Below, piece after piece: positions 43,520 through 55,484 of a DNA stretch of 64,000 nucleotides. How positions within the stretch are numbered: the first letter of the stretch is position 1; the number at the start of each line of letters is the position of its first letter. This DNA comes from the human T2T-CHM13v2.0 reference genome, Homo sapiens. A model generated the notes under the pieces. That model did not search any database, was not told the DNA's origin, and saw only the letters and a program-made list of their open reading frames with translations. The DNA lies in assembly GCF_009914755.1 (NCBI RefSeq), contig NC_060926.1. The stretch is one strand, 5' to 3'. The position numbers and the translations under genes were made by a program.

Positions 43520-45846
43520 TTACATAACAATTTTCTAGTCCTAGGATCACTTCTCATTCCTCAAAAGCATTGCTTATGTTTGCCACACATCTGTTCCTTA
43601 CCTAAATATATAAAAAAAGCATGGCTCATGGGTGGGGGTGGAAAGTGAGGGATAAAATACAGTTTGAACATGAAATATAAGAGGCGTGGCTCTGGGAAAT
43701 ATCCCCTTTTATTTCCAGCAAAGGCCAGGTTCTTGGGTAAGACTGAAAGAATTTAAAAGGGGGCCTTTGTGCAGCTGCAGCACAGATGATATGTGCGTTT
43801 GGATCAGGTCACTTCACAGATCATTTTTTATTCCCTAGTTATGTTTCATCCTCAACCCAATGGCCTCAGTGATGGATGGCCTCTCAGATTCTAATACCAG
43901 CTTCTCTCCTCTACTCTCCTCACCTGTGGCCACAGATTGCCTGATTCTTGGCTGGAGATCCTAGTTGGTCCCCACCTTTTTACTTGGACCACCCACTTTA
44001 AAAACAGTGTCCTGCCTACGTGCTCTTCCAGGGTCTCCTCCTTTTCAACTCTTTTTCATTCTCTGTAACATGAAAGAAACTGCTGATGGGGTGACTTTTG
44101 AAAGTTACTTTTAAGGTAAATTAACCAGAACTGATATCAACAAGGAAGCATAGTTAAGAGAAAGACGGCACTTACCAAGGGACCTAGAATCAGATCTTGA
44201 CCCTGTCATCAAGCCAGTACCTGATGTTTCAGGGTACACTAACCCTCCTGTTTTAAAATGAGATGGCTGGGCTAGACCACAATTTTTTATACATGATGTT
44301 ACATTTATTTCTCTTGTACTTTAATAGACACACTGCCTCACTGGGAGGTACCACCAACTATCTTCCAAAATTGAGACTGAGTCCCACAGGTGATTTTGAT
44401 GTTACAGGAGTAAAAAACATACACAATTAGAGTGGAGCAGATTTTCCTAAAGTAGTTTTATTTGCGCATTCTCATGAGACTTCAGAGCAGGGAAACTGAA
44501 CCTTGCTTCTCTGTTAGAATACATTTTTGGATGATGAGACAGGATGTGTCATGTTAATAGTGTGTTTTGTACTTCATTTTTAGAACTCACCAAGAATAAA
44601 GGCTTAGAAAACAACCTTGGTAAGAGCTTCTCAATGAGGCATTGATAACCTTGTTTTATTTTATCTCTGCACATCTGTGTTAATCATAACCCCAACATTC
44701 CCAACCAGATAGTATACATTATTTTAAAAATTACTTCCAATATTTACACTTTGAAGAAGTAAATCAACCGATATTCTCCAGTTAAGGCAAAGTCGACTTT
44801 AGAGCCTCTTGGGTCATTTCCCTCCCTATAAAAAGCTGAACTGCAGATATTAGCCATGGCAAGGAAGAAAGACCTTCTGAAACTATATTGTCCTATTATA
44901 TGGGCCTTCTTCAAATAAAATTAATTCAACTATATGGTAGGAGAAAAAAGATGAAAAATAAGATTTTAAGAAGTAGAGTTGGTATATAAAAGTAATATTT
45001 TATGACTTTAATTTTAGATTATTTAAGAACTTCCCTATGATAACATAATATAAATGAACACAGAGCTTGTGTTCCTTTTTGATGTCTGTTATATATGAAA
45101 TTAGTCTAACTTTAATGGTATATATCCTTAAAATTAACATACAAGCTACTGAAACATGTGAACAGTGCTGGGATACAGTTGAATTATCTGAAATCCATTA
45201 CTGAAAGAGTAGTATTCTGGCTCACTCTTTTTTATTCAGTCGGAGTTGTCAGGTAATTAAATACCAATTTCACTTAGTACATACAATTTGACTTAGTACT
45301 TGGGCTTTTCTTGCATGTACTAAGAAGTCTTATCTCCTGTTTGTGTCAGGACTGTGAATGTAAGTGGATGTGTCAACAATAAGCAATTCTTTTACTTTAA
45401 AATGAACTCCTGATTGTAAGCATCTTGATCAACTTAAGGGTAATTATCTTCACACTGATATTTGAATGCCAGTCAAATCAAAAAAGTGAAATGATAACTT
45501 CAGGAAGAGTTAGTTTTTACTTTCATTATTCAGTTGACCAAGACTTAGAAAGAAATTCCCAAAGACGTATTCAGTTAGGCTTATTAAAAAAACAGTTCTA
45601 GAAGACTTCAATCTACTTTGACAAAATCAAATCCATTCTCATATGAAGAGCCCTTGAGGAAATCTAAAGAATAAATTGCAGACTTGAAAGTAATCCAACA
45701 GAAATAATAATACTCATTGAATGCTTATTGTTTAAATTTTTAATGCCATATTACTTTATTGCACATACTTTATTTAAAAGGATTTCCATACATGGTGTCA
45801 AATTTCTTGCTTTCTCTCCAAATCTACAATTTTACATAAATTGGAG

Positions 45847-45985
45847 CAGTAGTTTCCAAACCTAACTGCACATCGGAATCCATGGAAGATTTCTTTTAAA
45901 ATCTGGATTTTACAGATCCATCCTATATGGGCGAATTCAAAAGTCTAATACCAATTTTAAGTCAAGCATTTGTAGATCACTGTCT
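45847..45985. mobile_element. MER5A-like hAT MITE
   Basis: 'cagtagtttccaaacctaactgcacatcggaatc...tttgtagatcactgtctag'. Confidence 0.55.
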
Positions 45986-47599
45986 AGAGTATTTCTAACG
46001 GGACTTTCTTATAATTGAATGCATTCAAGAACAGAATCTCTTTTTCACACCTAATAACGATTGTCTTTATATTTACCTTTTTCTATAAAAAGTACTACTG
46101 ATACCTTGGTTTTATAAAATTTATTATATTGGTACCCTATCTTTTTTCTCATATCTTTCTGACTGATCTTAAAATCCAAGGCAATATAACTTATTAAATG
46201 TTTTATCTTTCCACAGTCTTGATTAGTCTGCAATTACTTAAAACAAAGCTGAATATCAAATCAAGCCAACAAACCAAATATTATGTAAGATTCAGGGTAA
46301 CAGTGAATCCCAAGATTCTGGGCAGACACTAGAAGAAACTTCAGGTCAACAGAGGAAGTCCCAGATGTGGAGATCTAGTCTAAGACAGCAAGGCCATCTT
46401 TAATATGTTAAATAGCTGCCTGGGCATATTAGACCAGGAACTAGGGCAAGAATCAATCTACTAGACCGTGGGCCACTGAAAACCCATAGTGGCAGGGGTG
46501 CTGGAGAAGCAGTTTCATTAAGTTGGAAAGTTTAGTTGAAACGATGATTGGGCCAAGAGGCAAGACCATTTCTCAACCATGTAAGTGTTCTGGCTATGCT
46601 TACCCGGGGACCTGCCATAGTGATTTCACACATACATGCACATGTTTGCACACATGCACATGATCAGAGCTGGCACAAGGACAAAATTCTTCAGGTATAA
46701 TTACTCATGGCCTCAGTTCCATCTTTCTGTCCCCATGCTTAGCTAGATCAGTAAGCTAGCAACAAGCATATAAATGTGCATGGTGAAAGGTTTCTGGCAA
46801 CCTGAAATTTCTAAAACTTAAGGAGAGAGGGAAGAGATCCAAGAGAAAGTCATTTCCCTTGTTTCTAGATAAAAATCTTAACTTTTGTAGATAAATAAGT
46901 ATGGACAAGTCAGAAAACAGGCAAATAAATACGGTTCTGAATCTGGTTCCCTGCATAATAAAAAAATAAAACATTGTGCTCACGAGTTAGAAGGCCAAAA
47001 TACCTAAAAAAATGACTTCTTAAAGGAACATAAGATTTAAACCACGGCTCCTTTTAAATTTCCCTAAAAATAACAATAATTTTTGAAAACAAGAAATGCA
47101 TGAAGTGATAGATGGAAATGAAAGGAAACGAGGCAAAAAATATGTAAACAGAAATAAAAAGAGAGTTAATGGGATGAGTAAGGAATAGTTTAAAACAAGC
47201 TACAACATGTTTTAAAAATATAAGCAGTGATGAGCAGAATCCCTAAAAGACATAATAGAAATAAGAGATGAGTTGAAGAATTTGGAAGCCAACCAAATGA
47301 AGAATAAACACATACTTTTTTTCCGTGTAGTCTGCAGAAAACATTAAAACAAATAAACAAACAAATGCTATTCTAAGATAGAAGTAAATTTACCTGAGCT
47401 AAAATACACACCAGATAACAGTGAACTAATTAATAACAGTGAACTAATTAATAACGGTGAACTAAGTCCAGATGGGGTTATTAAATATTGAGTACACAAA
47501 AACACACAATTTTATGTTACACGTTAAGAAAATATCTAAGCAAATGTCCAAAAAAGAAGTTCCTTACCCAGTGGAAAATTTTAAGCTTTTATTTTATCT

Positions 47600-50500
47600 T
47601 TTAAACATTTTAATTGTATTTATTTATTTTTTGACTTTTATTTTAGATTCAGAAGGTACATGTGCAGGTTTGTTACCTGCTGTGGTTTGGAGTATGAATG
47701 ATCCCATCACCCAGTCACTGACCATAGTACCTAATAGTTTCTCCACCCTTGTAGCCCTGCCTTCCTCTCTCTACCTTCTAGTAGTACCCCCGTACCTATT
47801 GTTGCCATCTTAATGTCCATGAGTGCACAATATTTAGCTCCCACTTATAAGTGAGAACATGCAGTATTTTGTTTTCTGTTCCTGCATTAGTTTGCTTAGG
47901 ATAATAGGCTTCAGCTGCATCCATGTTGCTGTAAAGGACGTGATTCCATTTTTTTATGGCTGTGTAGTAGTCCATGGTGTGTAGATACCACATATTCTTT
48001 ATCCAAGCCACTGGTAATGGGCACCTAGGTTGACTCCATGTATTTGCTATTGTGAATAGTCCTGCAATGAACATGAGAATGCATGTGTCTTTTTGGTAGA
48101 ATGATTTGTTTTCTTTTGAGTATATACCCAGTAATGGGATTGCTGGGTTAAGTGGTAGTTCTAAGTTGTTTGAGAAATCTTCAAACTGCTTTCCAGAGTG
48201 TCTGAACTAATTTGCATTCCCACTAAAAGTGTATAAGCATTCTTTTTTCTCTGCAGTCTCATCAACAACTGTTGTTTTTTTTTTTACTTTTTAATAATAA
48301 ACATTCTGACTGGTGTGAAATGGTATCTCATTGTGGTTTTGATTCACATTTCTCTGACGATTAGTGATGATGAACAGCTTTTCATATGTTTGTTGGCCAA
48401 TTGTGTATCTTCCTTTGAAAAGTGTCAGTTCATGTCTTTTGCCCATTTTGTAATAGATAGTTTTTTGCTTGTTTAATTGTTTAAGTTCATTACAGATTCT
48501 GGATATCAGACCTTAGTTGGATATATAGTTTCTCCCATTCTCCTTTTGTCTGTCTACTCTGGTGATAGTTTCTTTTGCTGTGCAAAAGCTCTTTAATTTA
48601 ATTAGGTCTCATTTGTCAATTTCTATTTTTGTTTCAATTGCTTTTGAGAACTTAATCATACATTATTTTCCAACACAGATGTCAAGAATAGTGTTTCCTA
48701 GGTTTTCCTCTTGGATTCTCATAGCGTGAGGTCTTACAGTTAAATCTTGAGTCTACCTCAAGTTAAGTTTTGTATATGGTGAAAAGTAGGAGTCCAGTTT
48801 TATTCTTCTATATATGGCTAGCCAGTTATGCCAGGACCATTTATTGAATAGGGAGTCTGGGAGTCCATTCCCCATTGCTTATTTTTGTCAACTTTGTTGA
48901 AGAGTAGATAGCTGTAGGTGTGTGGCTTTATTTCTCAGTTCTCTATTCTGCTCCATTGGTCTATGTATCTGTTTTTGTACCACTACCATGCTATTTTGCT
49001 TACTCTAGCCTTACAGTATAGTTTGAAGTCAGGTTATGTAATGCCTCCAGATTTAATCTTTCTGCTGAGGATTGTTTTGGTTATTTGGATTCTTTTTTGG
49101 TTCCATATAAATTTTAGCATAGCTTTTTCCAATTCTATGAAAAATGACATTGGTAGTTTGATAGAAATAACATTGAATCTGTAAATTGCTTTGGGCAGTA
49201 TGGCTATTTTAATGGTATCAATTCTGTTAATCCATAAACATGGAATGGTCTTCCATTTGTTTGTATCATCTATGATATTTTTAGCATTTTCTTGTAGTTC
49301 TCCTTGTAGATACCTTTTACCTCCTTAGTTAGATGTATTCCTAGGGTTTTGTTTTTGTTTTGGTGGCTATTGTAAACAAGATTGCATTATTGAGTTGGCT
49401 CTCAGCTTAAACATTATTGGTATATAAAAATGCTACTGATTTCTGTACATTGGTTTTGTATCTTGAAACATTGTTAAAATTGTTTATCAGTTCTAACAGT
49501 CTTTTGGTGGAGTCCTTAGGGTTTTCTAAGTATAGAATCATATAATCAGTGAAGAGAATTAGTTTGACTACTTTTTCTCCTACTTGATTTCTTTTTCTTA
49601 CCTGGTTGTTCTGGCTAGCACTTCTAGTACTATGTTAAATAGGAGTGGCGAGAGTGGGTATCCTTATCTTGTTTCAGTTCTCAAAGGAAATCTTCCAGTT
49701 TTTAACCATTCAGTATGATGTTGGCTGTGGTGTTTTCATAGATGGCTCTTATTATTTTGAGTTATATTCCCTTGATATCTAGTTTCTTGAGTTTTTTTTA
49801 ATAAAAAGATGCTAGATTTTATTGAAAGTTTTTCCACACTTATTGAGATGATCATATGGATTTTGTTTTTAATTCTGTTTATATGGTGAATTACATTTAT
49901 TGATTTGCATGTGCTGAACCAATCTTGCAATCTTGCATCCCAGGGATGAAGCCTACTTGATCATGGTGAATTAATGTTTTGATATGCTGTTGAATTAACT
50001 TTCCTCGTATTTTGTTGAGGATTTTGGTGCCTATGTTCATCAGGGATACTGGCCTGTAGTTTTCTTTCTTCATTGTGTCTTTGCCAGATTTTGCTATCAG
50101 GGTGATGCTGGCTTTGTACAATGCAATAGGGAGAGTTCTTCCACCTCAATTTTTGGCAATAGTGTCAGTAGAATTGGTACAAGCTCTTCTTTGTACATCT
50201 GGTAGAATTCTGCTGTGGCTCCATCTGGTCACCATTTTGGTTGGTAGGTTTTGTTTATTACTGATTCAAAATTGGAACTCAATATTAATCTCTTCAGTAT
50301 TTCAATTTCTAATTAATTAAATCTTGGGAGATTGTATGTTTCCAGGAATTTATCCATTTCCTCTAGATTTTCTAGTTTGTGTGCATAGAGATGTTTATAA
50401 TAGTCTTTGAGGATCTTTAGTATTTCTATGGGATCAGTTCTAATGTCACCTTTGTTGTTTCTGATTGTGCTTATTTGGATCTTCTCTTTTTCTCTGTTAA

Positions 50501-53484
50501 TCTAGCTATCCGTCTATCAATCTTGCTTATCCTTTCAAACAACAAACTTTTGGTTTAATTGATTCTTTGTATGGATTTTTGGATCTCAATTTTGTTCAGT
50601 TTCACTCAGATTTTAGTTATTTCTTTTCTTCTGCTAGTTTTAGGTTTAGTTTGTTATTGTTTTTGTTTGTTTTTCTAGGTGTGATGTAAGGTTGCTAATT
50701 TGAGCTATTCTAACTTTTTTGGGGTAGGCATTTAGTGCTATAAGCTTTCCTCTTAACACTGCTTTTGCTAAATCCTGGAGATTTTGGTGTATTATGGCTC
50801 TCTTTTTATTTGTTTCAAATAATTTTTATTTCTGCCTTGACTTCACTGTTTACTGAAAAGTCATTCAGGAGCCAGTTGTTTAATTTCCATGTAGTTCTGT
50901 GGTTTTGAGAGATCTTTTTGGTATTAACTTATTTTGATTCACTGTGGTCTGAAAGTATGGTTAGTATAATTTTGATTTTTTAAAAAATTATTGAGACTTG
51001 CTTTATGGCCAAGCATGTGGCTTATCTTGGAGTATGTTCCATGTACAGATGAAAAGAATGTATATTCTGTGGTTGATGGGTGAAGAATTCTTCAGGTGTT
51101 GATTAGGTACAATTGGTCAAGGGTTGAGTTTATGTCCAGAATTTGTTAGTTTTCTGCATTGATGATCTGTTCAATGCTGTCAGTGGAGTGTTGAAATCTA
51201 CTACTATTATTGTGTGGCTAAGTCTTTCCATAGGTCTAGAAGTACTTGTTTTATGAATCTGGGTGCTTGGGATACATATATATTTAAGATATACATGCAA
51301 TTCAGTTATTAACTATGTACAAAAAGAGCCCCATTAGGCTAACAGCAGACATCTCTGCAGAAACCTAACAGGTAAGGAGATACTGGAGGCCTATTCTCAG
51401 CATTCTTAAAGGAAATAAATAGGCCCCCAATCTCTCCTCACTTGTAAGGTTTCTGGAGTCTGCTGTTAGCCTAATGAGGTTCTCTTTGTATGTGATCTGA
51501 CCTTTTTCTCTAGCCGCCTTTAAGATTTATTTTTCCTTAGCATTGACTTTGGACAGTCTGGTGATTATATGCCTCGGTGATGTTTGTTTTGTATAGTATC
51601 TCATAGATGTTCCCTGAATTTCTTGTATCTGGGATACAAGATTGGGATACGTATATTTTTAAGATATATATGCAGTTCAGTTATCAATTATGTACAAAGA
51701 GAACCCCTTTAGGCTAACAGCAGACATCTCAGCAGAAACCTTACAAGTGAGGAGAGACTGGGGGCCTATTTTCAGCATTCTTAAATAAAATAAAAGGGCC
51801 CCAATCTCTTCACTTGTAAGGTTTCTGCTGTCTGCTGTTAGCCTAATGATGTTCTCTTTGTACATGACCTGACCTTTTTCTCTAGCTGCCTTTAAGACTT
51901 TTTTCCTTAGCATTAACCTTGGACAGTCTGGTGACTATATGCCTTGGTGATGTTTGTTTTGTATAGTAGCTTACTGGTGTCCCCTAATTTCTTGTATATG
52001 GATGTCTACTTCTCTAGCAAAATTAAGAAAGTTTTCTTGAATTATTCCATCTAAAATATTTTCCAGGTTGTTCACTTTTTCTCTTTCTCTCTCAGGAATG
52101 GCAATAATTTGTAGGTTTGGTCACTTTACATAATCCAATATTTCTTGAAGACTTTGTTCTTTTTTAAAAAAATTCTTTTTTTCTTCATTTTAATCTAACT
52201 GGGTCACTTCAAAAGACTAGTCTTCAAGCTCTCAAAATTTTTCTGCTGCTAGGTCCAGTCTATTGATAAAGCTTTCAATTATATTTTGAAAATCCTTAAG
52301 TAAGTTATTCAATTCCAAAAGCTCTGATTGATTTTTTTTTAAAAAAATATATTTACCTCTTTCTTCATTTCCTGGATTGCTTTAGAAGTGTCTTTGTGTT
52401 GATTTTCAACATTGTCTTGGATCTCAGTGAGCTTCCTTGTAATTCATGCTCTGAATTCTTTATCTGTCATTCCTGAGTTTCCATTTTGGCTAATGGCTAT
52501 TGCTGGACAGGAAGTGAAAATCTTGGTGGTGTTACTACATTCAGATTTTTCATGGTGCCAGAATTTATGCACTGGTTCCCTCACATCTAGAGACTCTGGC
52601 ACTTCTAATATTTGTAATTATTTTTGTGTGGGTAGGACTTTTTTTCTTTCTTTACCTATAATGCTATAGTTATTATTTTTTTTCTCTTTCCCTCCCCAAC
52701 GCTCCCTACCAGCTGGTGTGACTATAGAGAATGCTGAGTAGCATCTTTTGGTCTTTAGGCTTTGCTTCTATAGCCCTATGCACTTCTTTCAGCAGTTTTT
52801 ATATTCGGCTGTGGAGTTTGACCTACAAGCCCATGGATCACACTTATAGGTAAGAGCTGGCTGTGACCCACATAGCTGGGTATGTACTTGATCTTTGACA
52901 CTGGCAGAAGCTCTCTGTTGCCTCAGGCAATTAGCTGATTCATGGACTGTATAGCAGTCTAAGGTTCCTGCTCAGCCCTGGGAGGGTAGGAGTTCTGAAG
53001 GGCAGGCCTGGACAGGGCATGCCCATCTACAGGTCCTCCTATTACAGGCACAGGCACCAATTCTGAGGGAGAATCCAGTGGGCAGCCACCAAGTACCCAC
53101 AGGTGTGCCTAGTCATGGAGCTGGGAAACCACCTTGACTCCAAGTTCTCTGCAGAGGGATGGGGGATGGCTTAAAATTCTAGCCCAAGAGAGTAAGCCCT
53201 CCAAATGCCTGGAGATCTGCCTGAACATGGAGCAGAGAGGGACCCCCTGCATGAATATCTCTGCACAGAGGATTTGGGGTAACTCAGACTGCTAAACCAG
53301 GCAATCAGATCCTCTGAATGGCTAGAGATCTGCCTGGGCATGAGCAGAGAGAGCCTCCCTGCACCAAGATCTCTGCACAGGCATGGTGGGGCAGGCCAAG
53401 CTGCTGATTCAGATGAGCAGTGCTCTAAATGCCTGGAGATCTTCCCGCATGTGTAGCAGAGAGGGCTTCTCTGCACCAAGATCT
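47600..53484 (-). mobile_element. Older primate L1 (L1PA13-16/L1PB class), near full-length, rearranged
   Basis: 3' end 'ttttagattcagaaggtacatgtgcaggtttgttac'; ORF2 peptides ([34 protein letters not shown]); ORF1 peptide (KVLKAAREKGQV); GC-richer 5' UTR. Confidence 0.9.
53143..53484 (-). repeat. ~112-bp tandem monomers (about 3 copies) in the L1 5' UTR
   Basis: 'aatgcctggagatctgcc...agcagagag...ctgcaccaagatct' recurs at 53203, 53316 and 53427. Confidence 0.85.
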
Positions 53485-53764
53485 TTTTAATCAACGAGAT
53501 GACATCATGGGGGCTGTTTGCCAGTGTTCTCGTCTCTGGGATCTGGTAACCTTTTAGCTTAGTTATTGGAACACTAATTGCCACATGATGACATATAGCA
53601 AGTTCTGAGTTACAAAGATTTTGAACCAAGTCTTCCTCACTCAATTTAGTTGGTTAACAATTCAATAACATATATAAAGGAAAGAAAAAAGATACACCTA
53701 TAGACATACATAACAGAAATTTAACAGTAAGAAATTCAAATATGCTAGATTCATTTGCTAGTGG

Positions 53765-53908
53765 TTTTTTTTTCTTAATTTTTTTGTTTTATAAGAGATA
53801 GGGTCTCTTTATGTTGTCCAGGCTGGTCTTGAACTCCTGGCCTTAACTCATCCTTTTGTTAGCCTCCTGAGAAGCTGGGATTACAGGCGCATGCCACCAT
53901 GCTCAGCT
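53765..53908 (-). mobile_element. FLAM (free left Alu monomer)
   Basis: poly-T plus 'gagatagggtctctttatgttgtccaggctggtcttgaactcctgg...gccaccatgctcagc'; flanks tagattcattt / tggattcattt. Confidence 0.85.
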
Positions 53909-55057
53909 GGTGGATTCATTTTTGACAGCTGAAGCACATATAAAAGATTTGAATAATAAACTAATATAATTTATTTACTGGCTATATCAAACTGTTATAT
54001 CTGACATATAAAAAAGTACCCTTTTTTTCCAAACCTCTGTGAAAGATATGTTTTAGATGATCATCTATTATATCTTAAAAAAATCTCAATATATTAAAAA
54101 GTAAAACCAGAAGACCAACACAGTGATTTCCACTATATCCATGCAATGAAACTAAAATTTAATAACTTAAAGCAATAAAAATATTACACACAAATTAGGA
54201 ATTTTTAAATACTATTGCAATATTGGAATAAAAGGATTTAAAGCATACAAAAGACAAAAAAACCATTTAGAATGTATGATAATAAGAAAACTATATATCA
54301 CAATTTATAGAATGTGTTCAAAACCATAGCCAAAAGAAAATTAATAACATTAAAATGAGACAAATACAAATAAATAGAATTATAATTATATAATCATATC
54401 CAAATAATGCACATCACTACATAATTTATTATTTAATATATATTACATGATCATATAATGTATAATCATTTACAACACATTATATATCATACTTATTAAT
54501 ACTTATAAATATAGTATTCTATGTAAAAATCATATGAAGAATAAAATAAACTTACAGCATGCAGTAGAAAAACAAATATAGACAAATTTAAAGATTAGTA
54601 AGTAATAAAAAAACTAATTGATAAATTTGAGGCAGGATCTTGAGGAGATTTTAAAAAGTGACATATGTTCAGCAAGAATTTTAACAAAAGTGAAAAAGAA
54701 ACTATAAATTTATGATGTTACAAGCTAGGAAGAGAATATAAGTGCTGTTCTTTACATATATTTGTAAGTGAATACTATGCAAAACTTCATAATAACAAAT
54801 TTGGAAGTCTTAAAAAATAAAGACTTTTCTAAAAATATACGTATCAGTAAAACTGGCAGAGAATTTTGACCAAATATATTATAGCTTAAAAGAAATTTAA
54901 CCAGAGAGAATTAAAATTGTCAAAGAACTACTTCCAAGAAAAAAATAAGAAAATTTCAACTATAATGTCCTCACACATTCAAGAATAGATTAACTACTAG
55001 ATGTTTTAAGTGTTTCCTGCACAAGTACAAAAAAAGAAAGCTTTTCCAAGTTATTTT

Positions 55058-55300
55058 TTCCTCAATTATAAGTGGGAGGTAAACAATGGGTACAAATGGT
55101 TGCACAGAGTGGAAAAACAGACATTGGACACACCCAGTGGTGGGAGGGTGGCAGTGGGGTAACATAGGGTACAATGTACACTATTTGGATAATGAGCAGA
55201 TGAAAAGCCCAGACTTCACCGGTATGCAATATATTCATGTAAAACAACTATACTTTTATCCATAAATCTGTAAAAATTAAAAATTAAAAAATTTAATTAA
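55058..55300 (+). mobile_element. 5'-truncated L1PB-type 3' UTR with A-rich tail
   Basis: 'tataagtgggaggtaaacaatgggtac...aaaagcccagacttcacc...tatgcaatatattcatgtaa...aaaaattaaaa'. Confidence 0.8.
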
Positions 55301-55484
55301 AAACATACAAGACGCTTTAAAAAATAAAATCAGTATAATTCAGATTTTAATCTTAGAAATTTAGCATGAACAAAGTTCACATGTAGATCATTATTACTTA
55401 TGAATGTTAGCTAAAGAACTAAATATTTACAAACATATTTATCAATATAATGTGATATAAATATGTAAGATTTACTTGAAATAT

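Noticed and set aside
53171-53644. 157-aa minus-strand ORF
   Set aside because: Crosses from flanking DNA into the L1 5' UTR monomer array; TTG start, no domain
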